This document shows positions 1 through 13,809 of a stretch of DNA of 64,000 nucleotides, piece by piece. Location of the stretch: NCBI GenBank assembly GCA_038087875.1, contig JAXLNO010004761.1:62001-126000 (forward strand), read 5' to 3'. Under the pieces are notes generated by a model. The model was not told where the DNA came from. It saw only the letters and a list, made by a program, of their open reading frames with translations, and ran no database searches. Within the stretch, counting starts at the first letter, position 1; each line of letters starts with the position of its first letter. Source of the DNA: Malacoraja senta. Lineage: Eukaryota. The translations under genes were made by a program, and so were the position numbers.

Positions 1-930
1 CAGCCTTCTCCCCATAACCCCTGACTCCCGCACTAAACAACAATCTATCTGTCTCTGCCTTAAATATATCCACTGACTTGTAGCCTCCACAGCCGTCTGT
101 GGCAATGAATCCCACAGATTCACCACCCTCTGGCTAAAGAAATTCCTCCTCATCTCCTTCCTAAAGGAATGACCTTTAATTCTGAGGCTGTACCCTCTGG
201 TCCTAGACTCTCCCATTAATGGAAACATCCTCTCCACATCCACTCTATCCGGGCCTTTCACTGTTCGGTGACGTTTCAATGCCCCCCCCCCCCAATCTTC
301 TAAACTCCAGCGAGTACAGGCCCAGCGCCGACAAACGCTCATCGTACGTTAACCCACTCGTTCCTGGGATCGTTCTTGTAAACGCTAACACTTTTGTCTT
401 GCTGATGTTGAGGGATGGATTGTTATCCTGACCATAGGTGCAGGAGTGGGCCATTCGGCCCTTCACGACAGAAGGTTCTCAATGTCTTTCCCATATTCTA
501 TCTCATCTTTGCTGCTCATGTGGCTGAAATACTGTTCTGACCAGTGGACGGACGTCTGGATCCCACTGGCCTGAGACCCGGCCACAAGTTGTGAGTGGCA
601 AGGTCATGACCCCAAGGGACATTGGTGTCAAAGGTCACGGTGGAGGGAATGTTCTGACCAATTCTAACGTCTGAGAAGTGAATAGTGATGATTTGTTAAT
701 TCATCGTGTCTGAAGCAGGTGGGCTCACTTCTGACTAGACTTTACTGTGGACATTTAAACACGAAAAGTAAACTTTCTTTATTAACAATGAATGACCCAG
801 AGAAAGGAAAATGTTACTCTTGGAAGTTCATAGAGTCACAGCATGGAAACAGGCCCTTCCTTCGGCCCAGCTTACCCACACCAGCCAACATGCCCCATCT
901 ATACTAGTCCCACCCCGACTAACATGCCCC
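1..930 (+). repeat. Segmental duplication block A (partner about 55475-56420)
   Basis: Colinear near-identity, including non-TE sequence at 480-830. Confidence 0.9.
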
Positions 931-1204
931 ATCTACACTAGTCCCACCCCGACCAACATGCCGCATCTGCTCTAGTCCCACCCCGACCAACATGCCCCAT
1001 CTGCACTAGTCCCACCCCGAACAACATGCCCCATCTGCAATAGTCCCACCACGACCAACATGCCCCATCTGCACTAGTCCCACCCCGACCAACATGCCCG
1101 ATCTGCACTCGTCCCACCCCGACCAACATGCCCCATCTGCACTCGTCCCACCCCGACCAACATGCCCCATTTGCACTCGTTCCACCCCGACCAACATGCC
1201 CCAT
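885..1204. repeat. 34-bp minisatellite (ctagtcccaccccgaccaacatgccccatctgca), about 9 copies, running into an N-gap
   Basis: 34-nt period directly visible. Confidence 0.95.
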
Positions 1205-1533
1205 NNNNNNNNNNNNNNNNNNNNNNNNNNNNNNNNNNNNNNNNNNNNNNNNNNNNNNNNNNNNNNNNNNNNNNNNNNNNNNNNNNNNNNNNNNNNNNNN
1301 NNNNNNNNNNNNNNNNNNNNNNNNNNNNNNNNNNNNNNNNNNNNNNNNNNNNNNNNNNNNNNNNNNNNNNNNNNNNNNNNNNNNNNNNNNNNNNNNNNNN
1401 NNNNNNNNNNNNNNNNNNNNNNNNNNNNNNNNNNNNNNNNNNNNNNNNNNNNNNNNNNNNNNNNNNNNNNNNNNNNNNNNNNNNNNNNNNNNNNNNNNNN
1501 NNNNNNNNNNNNNNNNNNNNNNNNNNNNNNNNN
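1205..1533. other. Assembly gap (other gaps at 46051-46247 and 52327-52526)
   Basis: Runs of N, each adjoining a tandem repeat. Confidence 1.
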
Positions 1534-1550
1534 TTTGGTTTAGTTTAGAG

Positions 1551-3357
1551 ATGCCTGTACCCGCCTTCTCTCCATACCCCCTGTTCCCTTTAGCCACAAG
1601 GGCCACATTTAACTCCCTCTTAAATATAGCCAATGAACTGGCCTCAACTACCTTCTGTGGCAGAGACTTCCACCTTATCCTTAAACTGTGTGTGACCCCT
1701 TGTTCTGGACATCCCCAACATCGGGTACAATCTTCCTGCATCTAGCCTGTCCAACCCCTTAAGAATTTTGTAAGTTTCTATAAGATACCCCTCAATCTTC
1801 TAAATTTTAGCGATTACAAGCCTAGTCTATCCAGTCTTTCTTCATATGAAAGTCCTGCCATCCCAGGAACCAGTCTGGTGAACCTTCTCTGTACTCCCTC
1901 TATGGCAAGAATGTCTTTCCTCAGATTAGGGGATCGTAAACTGAACGCAATACTCCAGGTGTGGTCTCACCAAGACCCTGTACAACTGCAGTCGAACCTC
2001 CCTGCTCCTATACTCAAATCCTTTTGCTATGAATGCTAACATACCATTCGCCTTCTTCACTGCCTGCTGCACATCCATGTCTACTTTCAATGACTGGTGT
2101 ACCATGACACACAGGTGTCGTTGCATCTCCCATTTTCCTAATCGGCCACCATTCAGATAATAGTCTACTTTCCTGTTTTTGTCATCAAAGTGGATAACCT
2201 CACAATTATCCACATTATACTGCATCTTCCATACATTTGCCCACTCACCCAACCTATCCAAGTCACCTTGCAGCTTCCTTGCATCCTCCTCACAGCTAAC
2301 ACTGCCCCCCCAGCTTCATGTCATCCGCAAACTTGGAGATGTTGCGTTCAATTCCCTCATCCAGATCATTAATATATATTGTAAATAGCTGGGGTCCCAG
2401 CACTGAGCCATGCGGTACCCCACTAGTCACTGCCTGCCATTCTGAAAAGGACCCGTTTACTCCTACTCTTTGCTTTCTGTCTGCCAGCCAGTTCTCTATC
2501 CACATCAATACTGAACCCCCAATACCATGTGCTTTAAGTTTGCATTCTAATCTCTTATGTGGGACCTTGTCGAAAGCCTTCTGAAAGTCGAGATATAACA
2601 CATCCACTGGTTCTCCCTTATCCACTCTACTAGTTACATCCTAGAAAAATTCTATAAGATTCGTCAGACATGATTTACCTTTCATAAATCCATGCTGACT
2701 TTGTCCAATGATTTCACCACTTTCCAAATGTGCTGCTATCCCATCTTTAATAACTGACTCTAGCAGTGTCCCCACTGCCGATGTTAGACTAACTGGTCTG
2801 TAATTCCCCGTTTTCTCTCTCCCTTCTTAAAAAGTGGGGTTACATTAACTACCCTCCAATCCTCAGGAACTACTCCAGAATCTAAAGAGTTCTGACAAAT
2901 TATCACTAATGCTTCCACTATTTCTTGGGCTACTTCCTTAAGTACTCTGGGATGCAGCCTGTCTGGCCCTGGGGATTTATCGGCCTTTAATCCATTCAAT
3001 TTACCTAACACCACTTCCCGGCTAACCGGGATTTCACTCAGTTCCTCCTTTGTCCTCCTCTGCTAGACTCTGAATTTCTCCCAGTCCTTTGGTAGGCTGC
3101 TTTTTCTGGCTAATTTGTATGCTTCATCTTTTGTCTTGATACTATCCCTGATTTCCCTTGTTATCCACGGATGCACTACCTTCCCTGATTATTCTTTTGC
3201 CAAACTGGGATGAACAATTGCTGTAGTTCATCCATGCAGTCTTTAAATGCCTTCCATTGCATATCCGCCTTCAACCCTTTAAGAATCACTTGCCAGTCAA
3301 TCTTGGCCAATTCACGTCTCATACCCTCAAAGTTACCCTTCTTCAAGTTCAGAACCC
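1551..3357 (-). mobile_element. CR1 LINE fragment, degenerate RT and 3' end
   Basis: Minus-strand ORFs with [28 protein letters not shown] and [10 protein letters not shown]. Confidence 0.92.
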
Positions 3358-3358
3358 T

Positions 3359-4295
3359 TGTTAAATAAATACAAATTTACTCTCAATGGTATTATTATCG
3401 AACACACTATGAGCTATACTTACCTTGGTCTAACTGTTGCAGCATCAGGGAGCTTCAATATGGCAGTGAATGCACTAAAAGAGAAAGCTCAAAGAGCTCT
3501 GTATGCAATAAAAAGAAGATTCTACAACATCCAAATTCCAATTAAAATCTGGCTTAAAATATTTGACAGTCTAATTCAATTTAAAATTTTACATAGATTA
3601 TATTATTCAAAAACAAGATTAAATAAATTCTATCCAAATATATCCCCCACTTGCGATAAATGTTTAACCCAAAACGCAACTATAACACAGTCTTTTGTTT
3701 CCTGTATAAAACGTTATAGATTTTGGAGTGATATTTTTGAAATATTAACAAAATTATTTAAGATAAAAATGGAACCTAATAATGAATTGATTATATTTGG
3801 GGTAATGGAAGATGGGAATAAACTGGGGACCACATCACCCCGATCCTGGCCTCTCTCCACTGGCTCCCTGTGCGGTTCCGTATAAACTTCAAGATTCTCC
3901 TCCATGTCTCCAAAGCCCTCAATGGGCTTGCCCCCACCTACATAAAATGTCTTCTCACCCACCACTCCACCTCCAGGCCCCTCAGATTGGCCGACTTGGG
4001 GTTGCTGAATATCCCACGGTCTAGGCATAAGCTCAGGGGCGACCGCGCCTTTGCGGTTGCAGCCCCTAGACTGTGGAACAGCATCCCCTTTCCCATCAGA
4101 ACCGCCCCCTTCATCAACTCTTTTAAGTCAAGAAACTTATCTATACTCCCAAGCCTTTCTTGACGTCCTCTGAGCGAGGGCTATATGTGTATATGTATAT
4201 AGTTTGTTTGTTTATATTATTCTTATAACAAATGTAAAGCACTTTGGCCAACGAGAGTTGTTTTTTAAATGTGTATATAAATAAATGTGACTTGA
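3359..4295 (+). mobile_element. Patchwork of three LINE fragments: RTEX-like (3359-3570), L1-like (3565-3822) and L2 3' end (3823-4295)
   Basis: YTYLG...ALKEKAQRALYAIK, then QFKILHRLYYSKTRL...CDKC, then HITPILASLHWLPV...GDRAFAVAAPRLWNS with an L2 tail. Clade names come from motif recall. Confidence 0.65.
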
Positions 4296-4299
4296 CATG

Positions 4300-5070
4300 A
4301 CTTGAGTTACTCCAGCAATTTATGACTTTTTTTGTAAACCAGCATCTGCAGTTCCTTGATTTTCATCCCAAATCTTCCCTGGTTTCAGGGCTTTTATAAA
4401 CTTTGGCATCTGTACAATGGGTGCATTACAGGGAAACGAAACAGGTCACAGACCAATAAAGAACCATTTTGCAGTAAAGAGCACAATTATATCTAATTTG
4501 TAGACAGCACTCCCAATGTGCAGTAAATTCATATATCAGTCTGACGAAGGGTTTCTGCCCAAAACATTGCCTATTTCCTTCGGTCCATAGATGCTGGTGC
4601 ACCCGCTGAGTTTGTCTACCTTCGATTTTTGTTTACCTTCGATTTTCCAGCATCTGCAGTTCCTTCTTAAACAAAAAATTCATATAACAGGTCACTCCAA
4701 TTTGTGGTCAACACTCCCACCGTGTGGTGAGCCGCTGCACTGCAGGCCCGTCCAATTTGTGGTCAACAATCGCACCGTGTGGTGAACCGCTGCACTGCAG
4801 GCCCGTCCAATTTGTGGCCAACATTCCCACCTTGTGGTGATCCGCTGCACTGCAGGCCCATCTGATGTGATATTTTGGGTAAGAACCCTTTTGTTCCATC
4901 CCAATGTCTCATGTTTCTCCAGAAATGCTGCCTGGCCCACTGAGTTAATCCAGCGAAATAAATTCCTCCTCATCTCCTCCCTAAAGGAATGTCCTTTAAT
5001 TCTGAGGCTGTGCCCTCTGGTCCTAGACTCTCCCACTAGTGGAAACATATTTTAGTTTAGTTTAGACATA
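4300..5070 (+). repeat. Segmental duplication block B (partner about 53630-54700)
   Basis: Colinear similarity, including the 55-bp repeat and the gtgatattttgggtaagaaccct junction. Confidence 0.85.
4697..4860. repeat. 55-bp tandem repeat x3
   Basis: ccaatttgtgg starts at 4697, 4752 and 4807. A two-copy version lies at about 53858-53965. Confidence 0.9.
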
Positions 5071-5348
5071 CAGCACGGAAACAGGCCCTTCAGCCCACAG
5101 AGTTTGTACCGACCAGTGATCACCCTGTACACTCGTACTATCCCACACACTAGGGACAGAATTACCAAAGGCAATTAATCTACAAACCTGCACGTCTTTG
5201 GAGTGTGGGATGAAACCGGACACCCGGAGGAAACCCACGCAGGTCATGGAGAGAACGTGCAAACTCTGTACAGACAGCACCCGTATTCAGGATGGAACCC
5301 GGGTCTCTAGCGCTGTGCGGCAGCAACTCTACCATTGCACCACCATGC
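5051..5348 (-). mobile_element. HE1-like tRNA-derived V-SINE
   Basis: tRNA-like head (gcaatggtagagttgctgcc...cccgggttccatcc), central V-domain, (taaac)n tail. Confidence 0.8.
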
Positions 5349-6591
5349 CAACCCATTTTTTGTTATTTTTCTATCCATGATTCCATTTTCTATTCCACAC
5401 CAGTTCGCTGGTTCACAAATTGTTCACATTGAGAATGTCAACCTGAGGGGCAAATTTTCCACACAGAGGGTGGTGGGTGTGTAGAATGAGCTGCCGGAGG
5501 AGGTGGTTGAGGCTGAGACCCTCACATTTGGTTAGATGTGGAACGTAGACAAAAGGGGGTCAGATGTAGTGAGAAGAGGTTTGAAACGTAAAGCTGGAGG
5601 GGTATAGGTGGAAGGGGAAAGTATGGGACTTGGGGATGGGAGAAGAGTGTACAAAGGAAGGGAAAGGAGCAGAGTGACTGGGGTGGTGGGAGAAGAGTGC
5701 ACACCAGGATGGGGGTTTCCCTTTCTCAGTACCACTATCTCCCATCTGCCGAGTCACATTTCTTTCATCCCTCTTCCCCTCTCCTGGACCAATACACCCA
5801 CACACCTCCCTCTGGCTTACATGTCATTCCTCTACTTATCCAACGCACCTTCATCTCTAGTCTTTGTCATTTACTCCACCCATCTACCACTCACCCCCTC
5901 ACCTGTATCTGCCATCACTTGCCAGGCTTTGCCCGCCCCACCTTACTTTTCCAGCTTTCTTCCCCACTCCAGTCTGAAGGTTCCTGACCCAACACATCTG
6001 TCCACTTCCTCCAGATGCTGCCCGTCCCATCGAGTTCATTCAGCACTGCTTTCATTTCTAAAGATCCAGCATCCTGAATTATATTAAACTTGACCAAAAA
6101 TAAATAGGAACACCCATGGTTAAACTTTCAAAGACTCATCCTCACTGAAACCAAAAGAGCGGTTGAAATATGGCCCTTACCCTCACACCATGTCCATGAA
6201 GATCAAATCCAGATAGACTGGATAAGGTTACAGGAGTGTGCAGCAGTTCAATATTTCAGAAGAAACCTGACCACAATAGAACAGACACCACTTTAACTAA
6301 CAAATCAGTATTTCAAATTAAAGAAGACTTGCGTATCAAGAGAACAATGGGGAAGTTTACTAAAGTAGGGTGAACGGAAGGGACAGGGTTAGCAAATGTA
6401 ATGAGACTGAAGAGCCATGGCTATGAAACCAAGGAATATCTAGATGAGAAACAGTGCTGGAGGTACTGAGTGGGTCAGACGGAGTGATGTTCTAACTGGA
6501 GCCTTTCAGCGAACTACATCCAGATCCAGGCAGCATGACCAAGGTGAATGGACAGATGGAGAGAAGAGCGCAGGCAAGAGTCACATCAAGA

Positions 6592-6858
6592 GCGGTTCGG
6601 TAGAGATGCTGCCTTACCGGACCAGAGACCGCGGTTAGATCCTGACCTCTGGGGTTGTCTGTACCGAGTTTGCATTTTCTCCCTGGGACAACATAGGTTT
6701 TCTCCAGGTGCTCTGGTTTCCTCCCACATACATGCAATTTGTGGGTTAATTGGCTTCTGTACATTGTCCCTGGTGTGTAGGTTAGGGGCGATTGTTGGTT
6801 GGCGTGGACTTGGTGGGCCGAAGGGCCCATTTCTACTCTGCATCTCCAAACTAAACAC
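6592..6858 (+). mobile_element. HE1-like SINE
   Basis: Same head, core and tail as the other copies. Confidence 0.75.
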
Positions 6859-8108
6859 ACTACGGGGATGGGATGGATTAGTCGATTATAATTGCTTTAA
6901 AACAAAGGCATTGAATATTAAAGTGGAGGATTATTTTAACCAGGGACTGTTCTTAGTGTCTAAGTGCTGGAGGTACTCAGTGGGGCTGGCACCATCTGGT
7001 TGATCACAAAGTGGATGGACAGACACGTTGGGTTACGAACCTTCTTCAGACTGATGGAGTTGAGCAGAGAAAGTGGGGAGAGAGAGATGGGAGCAGGACA
7101 AAGCCTGGCAAGTGATAGGTGGATACAGGTGAGGGGGTGTTTGGCAGATGGATGGAGTAAGTGACAAAGGCTGGAGGTGAAAAGGAGACAAAGGTTGTCA
7201 GATAAGAAAATGAGAGCATTGAAATGTAAAGCTGGCGAGATGTATATGGGTGCAAGAGGAAGGAGGAAAATATAAGGCTCAGGGATGAGAGATGAGCGTA
7301 CAGAGGGGAGGAACAGTGACTGAGGTGTTGGGGAAGTGTGTACACCAAGGGTGGGGGTGCAGGGTAAGTTTCCATCAGTATGCTCATCTCCTTCTCAATC
7401 CCACATTTCCCTTTTACCCCCTTCACCCCCACTCTCTGTCACATTATAATTAAAGTTTAATGATTTATGTGTCACAGAAACATAGAAACATAGACAATAA
7501 GCGGAGTAGGCCATTCTCCCTCCCTGCCACATCTATGATAACTGTATCTCCTTCTCTTCTTCTTTCTCCCCATACCCCCTGAACCCTTTAGCCACAAGGG
7601 CCACATCTAACTCCCTCTTAAATATAGCCAATGAACTGGCCTCAAATACCTTCTGTGGCAGAGAATTCCACAGATTCACCCCTCTCTGTGTGAAAAATGT
7701 TTTTCTCATCTAAAGGATTTCCCCTCTATCCTTAAACTGTGACCCCTTTTCCTGGACTTCCCCAACATCGGGAACAATCTTCCTGCACCTAGCCTGTCCA
7801 ACCCCTTAAGAAGTTTGTCATTGTTAATTGTCACTATGTCATGTTGTCACTTGCGAGCGGAGCACCAAGGCAAATTCCTTGTATGTGAACGTATTTGGCC
7901 AATAAACGAATTCATTCATTACACCCATATACCTTCCTCAAGCTTTATACCTCACACCTCCTCTCCTTCTGACACATTCTCACCTTCATCTCCAACCTTT
8001 GTCACTTACTCCACAATCACCCCCTCAGCTTATCCACCCATCACTCGCTAAGCTTCGCCTCACCCCATCTCACTTTCCCAGCTTTCCCCCCACTCCAGTC
8101 TGAAGGAT

Positions 8109-10947
8109 GTGGAGATTTCAATATTGACCTACTAAATCCTAATCAACACAACCTTACAGAAGATTTTATTAATACTATGTACAGCATGAGTCTATATCCT
8201 AAAATCACTAGACCGAGTAGAATTACTTCCCATTGCGCTACACTCATTGACAATATATTTAATATATTGATGTGGAAAATAAAATAGTAAGTGGATTATT
8301 AATTAATGATATAAGTGACCATCTGCCAGTTTTTATAGTTTATGATAATATCCACAGGAACAACAAACCAAACAAATTAATAGAATATAGACGAGTGAGA
8401 TCGGAGGAAGCTATCAATGCACTAAAAAAGGATCTATTGGCACAAAACTGGGATATAATATACCAAAAAAGAGACATTGATAGTGCTTATGAAACATTTA
8501 TTGCTATGTTTAAGTTATTATATGATAAAAATTGTCCAATTAAAGAATATAATAGAAAATCAAAATATACTAAATGCCCATGGATTACAAAGGGATTACA
8601 AAATGCTTGTAAAAAAAAAAAAGCCCTATACAGAGATTTTATAAGAGAGAGAACTAAAGATACAGAAAATAAATATAAAAAGTATAAAAATAAATTAACT
8701 TACATCATAAGAGAAAGCAAGAAAGATTATTATAAGAAGAAATTAGATGACAATAAAGACAATATAAAAAGAATATGGAGCATACTTAATAGCATTATCA
8801 GAAATGGTCCGGGGAGAACAAATTACCCGAAGTATTTTATTGATAAGGATAAGGAAAATTACAATATGGAAGATATAGCTAATAGCTTTAATAATTTTTT
8901 TGTAAATATTGGACCAGACCTGGCTAAACAAATCCCTGATTCAGGGACATCTGGAGAAACGCCTGAGAATTTAGTGGAGAGAAATCTCTGCTCTATGTTT
9001 CTTACGGCAGTAGAAGAAAAAGAACTGTTGGATATTGTCAAAACATGTAAAAATAAAAAGTCTACCGATTTCAATGACATTGACATGTCGCTAGTTAAGA
9101 TGGTCATTGAGGGAATCTCCAAACCTTTAACATTCATCTGTAATTTATCCTTCCAAACCGGTACTTTTCCAATTCAAATGAAAATAGCAAAAATAATACC
9201 AATATACAAAACTGGGAACAAGCATCATTTTACAAACTATAGACCTGTTTCCTTACTCCCACAATTTTCCAAAATATTAGAAAAAATGTTTAATAATAGA
9301 TTAGACAAATTTGTAGAAAAGAATAAATTAATCACAGAAAGTCAATATGGATTCAGAACAAATAGATCAACATCACTTGCAATACTAGAATTAATTGAAG
9401 ACATCACAAACGCCATTGATGAGAAATTATATGCAGCTGGGATATTCATTGACATAAAAAAAGCATTTGATACAATTAATCATGATATTTTATTAAAATA
9501 ATTGGAGAGGTATGGAATTAGAGGAATAGTACTGGACTGGATTAAAAGCTACTTAAGTAACAGGCAGCAGTTTGTAAATCTGGGTAGTCATAATTCTACA
9601 TGCTTGGACATTGTGTGTGGTGTACCACAGAGGTCAGTGCTGGGCCCAAAATTATTTATCATGTACATAAATGATATTTGTAATGTGTCCAATGTCTTGA
9701 GGCTGGTTTTGTTTGCAGATGATACAAATATTTTTTGTTCTGGGGAAAATTTAAAACAGCTATTGGATAAAATAATAAAAGAAATGGGTAAATTGAAAAT
9801 ATGGTTTGATAGGAATAAAATTTCATTAAATCTGAGTAAAACTAAAATAATGTTATTTGGTAATTGTAGAATAAATACACTAGTAAGTATAAAGATAAAT
9901 GGGGTGGAAGTTGAAAGAGTGCATGAAAATAAATTTCTTGGGGTTATAATTGACGATAAAATAAGCTGGAAATCACATATTAAACATGTAAAATTAAAAT
10001 TGTCAAAAAGTATCTCTGTATTATACAAAGCCAAGCAAGCTCTGGATTACAAATCACTCCGTATTCTTTATTGTTCATTAATTTTACCCTAGTTAAATTA
10101 TTGTGCAGAAGTCTGGGGTAATAATTATAAAAAATCGATACACTCATTAACCATGATGCAAAAAAGAGCAATTCGTATTATCCATAATGCTAAGTATCTG
10201 GGTCATACGAATCCATTATTTTTAGAGTCAAAATTATTAAAATTAGAAGATTTGGTCACATTCAAAACAGCTCAGATAATGTTTAGGGCCAAAAATAAAA
10301 AATTACCTGGAAACATTCAAAAATTATTTAACGAGCGTGTGGGGGGTTACAATTTAAGAGGAATATTTAACTTTAAGAAACAAAAAGTCCGTACGACTAG
10401 AAAAACCTTTTGTATTTCGGTTTGTGGAGTAAGAGTGTGGAATAAATTGAACGGGGAATTGAAGCAATGCACAAACATGAATCATTTTAAAATGATATAT
10501 AAAAAAATAATTCTCAAGGGGTACAGGGATGGAGGGGATGGTTGACAAGTGGGGGTTGATGTTTATCTTGCTTTACTATTGTTTACTTATGTTTGGGTAC
10601 TTCAGATATGAAGTTTGTATGTACATAATAGTTGTATGTATATATATGTCTGTAGGTATTATGGGAAATTGCCTAGGGTAGTATTATTATTAGTAATTAA
10701 TTGATTTTTAAATATGATAGAAGTGTTGGGGAAAAGGGGTGAGATTTAATAAGTTATTCTTCTTCTCACTCCTTTTCGAGCTTGTACAGACACAGAGTTG
10801 GACATTGGAACTGATTTTGTTCTTCTCATTGCTTTGTGAATATTGATTGTAATGTCCAATTGTTTGATAATTTCGATTTTGTTAATATTAATGTCTTTAA
10901 TGTCTTTACTTGTTCGGAATAAATAAAAATAAATTAAAAAAAATAAA
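8109..10947 (+). mobile_element. 5'-truncated AT-rich LINE (L2/CR1-group, Crack-like) with an APE C-terminal part and RT
   Basis: One reading frame broken only by stops at 9499-9501 and 10090-10092. Motifs DHLPVF, YRPVSLLP, GVPQRSVLGP and FADDT. A-rich tail. Flanked by AAGGAT repeats at 8103-8108 and 10948-10953. Confidence 0.9.
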
Positions 10948-11090
10948 AAGGATTCCAACCAGATACATCTATCAATTTGCTCCACAGATGCTGACTGACC
11001 CACCTAGTTCCTCCAGCTCTGTTGTTTATGTTCAAGATTCCAGCACCCTGAATTAAAAGAACCTTAAATTAATAATTTATTTACTTTAAA

Positions 11091-11350
11091 GATAGTGTGG
11101 AAACTGGCCCACCGAGTCTGCACAATCCATCAATCACCCCGTACACTAGCACCATCCTACACACTACGGACAGTTTACTAAAAACAATTAACCTACAAAT
11201 CTGAATGTCTTTGGTGTTGGAAGAAGCCAGAACACCTGGAGAAAACCCACGTGGTCATAGGGAGAACATACAAACTCTACAGACAACACATGTTGTCAGG
11301 ATTGAACCCAGGTTTCTGGCGCTGTGAGGCAGCAACTCTACCACTGTGCT
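11091..11350 (-). mobile_element. HE1-like SINE, diverged
   Basis: Same head and core. Confidence 0.7.
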
Positions 11351-11813
11351 TCCCAATCTTCCCCCCCAACACTGAAACCCAAGAGAGATTTTGAAACAGG
11401 GGCCTTACATTATTGCTATCTCCATAAAGACCAGATCCTGATAGAGGTGACAAAGATGTACAAAACAGTCAAATTAATATACCACAAATATTAAACTCTA
11501 CGTTCCCTGTAACAGGAGACAACTACAATTACTTTAACCGGGGAACATGGCTCTGCCCAAAGACAAAGTGCTGGAGGCATTCAGCAGTTCAGGCACCAAC
11601 TACCGGACTGCAAGGTGAATGGACCGATGACATTGAGATGGGACCCTTCAGACAGATGGAGTTGGATGAAGTAGAAGAGGTGGAGAGAGTCAAATCTTGT
11701 AATTGAGAGGTGGATACAGTGGAGGGAGGTTATTGGGAGAGGCGTGCAGTGGGTGACGAAGTCTAGATGTGAAAAGTGGACAAAAGGGAGTCAGATAAGG
11801 GGAGAAGAGGGTT

Positions 11814-13680
11814 AGATACATAGATACATAGAAAATAGGTGCAGGAGCAGGCCATTCGGCCCTTCGAGCCTGCACCGCCATTCAATATGATCATGGCTGA
11901 TCATCCAACTCAGTATCCCGTACCAGCCTTCTCTCCATACCCCCTGATCCCTTTAGCCACAAGGGCCACATCTAACTCCCTCTTAAATATAGCCAATGAA
12001 CTGGCCTCAACTACCCTCTGTGGCAGAGAGTTCCAGAGATTCACCACTCTCTGTGTGAAATTTTTTCCTCATCTCGGTCTTAAAGGATTTCCCCCTTATC
12101 CTTAAGCTGTGACCCCTTGTCCTGGACTTCCCCAACATCGGGAACAATCTTCCTGCAAGTAGCCTGTCCAACCCCATAAGAATTTTGTACGTTTCTATAA
12201 GATCCCCTCTCAATCTTCTCAATTCTAGCGAGTATAAGCCAAGTCAATCCAGTCTTTCTTCATATGAAAGTCCTGACATCCCCGGAATCAGTCTGGTGAA
12301 CCTTCTCTGCACTCCCTCTATGACTATAATGTCCTTCCTCAGATTTGGAGACCAAAACTGTACGCAATACTCCAGGTGTTGTCTCACCAAGACCCTGTAC
12401 AACTGCAGTAGAACCTCCCTGCTCCTATGCTCAAATCCTTTTGCTATGAAAGCTAACATACCATCCGCTTTCTTCACTGCCTGCTGCACCTGCATGGCTA
12501 CTTTCAATGACTGGTGTACCATGACACCCAGGTCTCGCTGCATCTCCCCTTTTCCTAATCGGCCACCATTTAGATAATAGTCTGCTTTCCTGTTTTTGCC
12601 ACCAAAGTGGATAACCTCACATTTATCCACATTATACTCCACCTGCCAAATATTTGCCCACTCACCCAGCCCATCCAAGTCACCTTGCAGTCTCCTAGCA
12701 TCCTCCTCACAGCTTACACTGCCCCCCAGCTTAGTGTCATCCGCAAACTTGGAGATGTTGCCTTCAATTCCCTCATCTAGCTCATTAATATAAATTGTAA
12801 ATAGCTGGGGTCCCAGCACTGAGCCTTGCGGTACCCCACTAGTCACTGCCTGCCATTGTGAAAAGGACCCGTTTACTCCTACTCTTTGCTTCCTGTTTGC
12901 CAGCCAGTTCTCTATCCACATCAATACTGCACCACCAATACCGTGTGCTTTAAGTTTGTATATTAATCTCTTATGTGGGACCTTGTCGAAAGCCTTCTGA
13001 AAGTCCAGATACAACACATCCACTGGTTCTCCCCTATCCACTCTACTAGTTACATCCTCGAAAAATTCTATAAGATTCGTCAGACATGATTTACCTTTCG
13101 TAAATCCATGCTGAATTTGTCCAATGATTTCACCACTTTCCAAATGTGCTGCTATCCCATATTTAATAACTGACTCTAGCAGTTTCGCCACTACAGATGT
13201 TAGACTAACTGGTCTGTAATTCCCCGTTTTCTCTCTCCCTCCCTTCTTAAAAAGTGGGGTTACGTTTGCTACCCTCCAATCCCCAGGAACTACTCCAGAA
13301 TCTAAAGAGTTTTGAAAAACTATCACTAATACATCCACTATTTCTGGAGCTACTTCCTTAAGTACTCTGGGATGCAGCCTATCTGGCCCTGGTGATTTAG
13401 CGGCCTTTAATCCATTCAATTTACCCAACACCACTTCCCGACTAACCTGGATTTCACTCAGTTCCTCCATCTACTTTAACCCGCGGTCCCCTGCTATTTC
13501 CGACAGATTATTTATGTCTTCCTTAGTGAAGACGGAACCAAAGTAGTTATTCAATTGGTCCGCCATATCCTTGTTCCCCATGATCAATTCACCTGTTTCT
13601 GACTGCAAAGGACCTACATTTGTTTTAACTAATCTCTTTCTCTTCACATATCTATTAAAACTTTTGCAGTCAGTTTTTGC
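11814..13680 (-). mobile_element. CR1 LINE, 5'-truncated, with a long open RT frame
   Basis: 408-aa ORF at 12244-13470 with all RT motifs and a (ctatgtat)n tail. Interrupts an older repeat whose halves lie at about 11760-11813 and from 13681. Confidence 0.95.
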
Positions 13681-13809
13681 GTTGAAATGTGAAGCTGGAG
13701 GCGTATGGGTGGAAGGGGAAGAGGGAAGTATGGGACTTGGGGATGGGAGATGAATGTACAGAGGAAGGGAAGGGGCAGAGTGATGGGGTGGTTGAGGAAG
13801 AACGCACAC

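Noticed and set aside
8272-10545. AT-rich long ORFs as bacterial or viral contamination or a group II intron RT
   Set aside because: Motifs, 3' UTR, A-rich tail and TSD are those of a non-LTR retrotransposon integrated in a host repeat.
12185-12793. Recurrent plus-strand ORFs such as MYVSIRSPLNLLNSSEYK and MPPKWITSHLSTLY in several places
   Set aside because: Antisense frames of CR1 RT copies; they recur because the LINE recurs.
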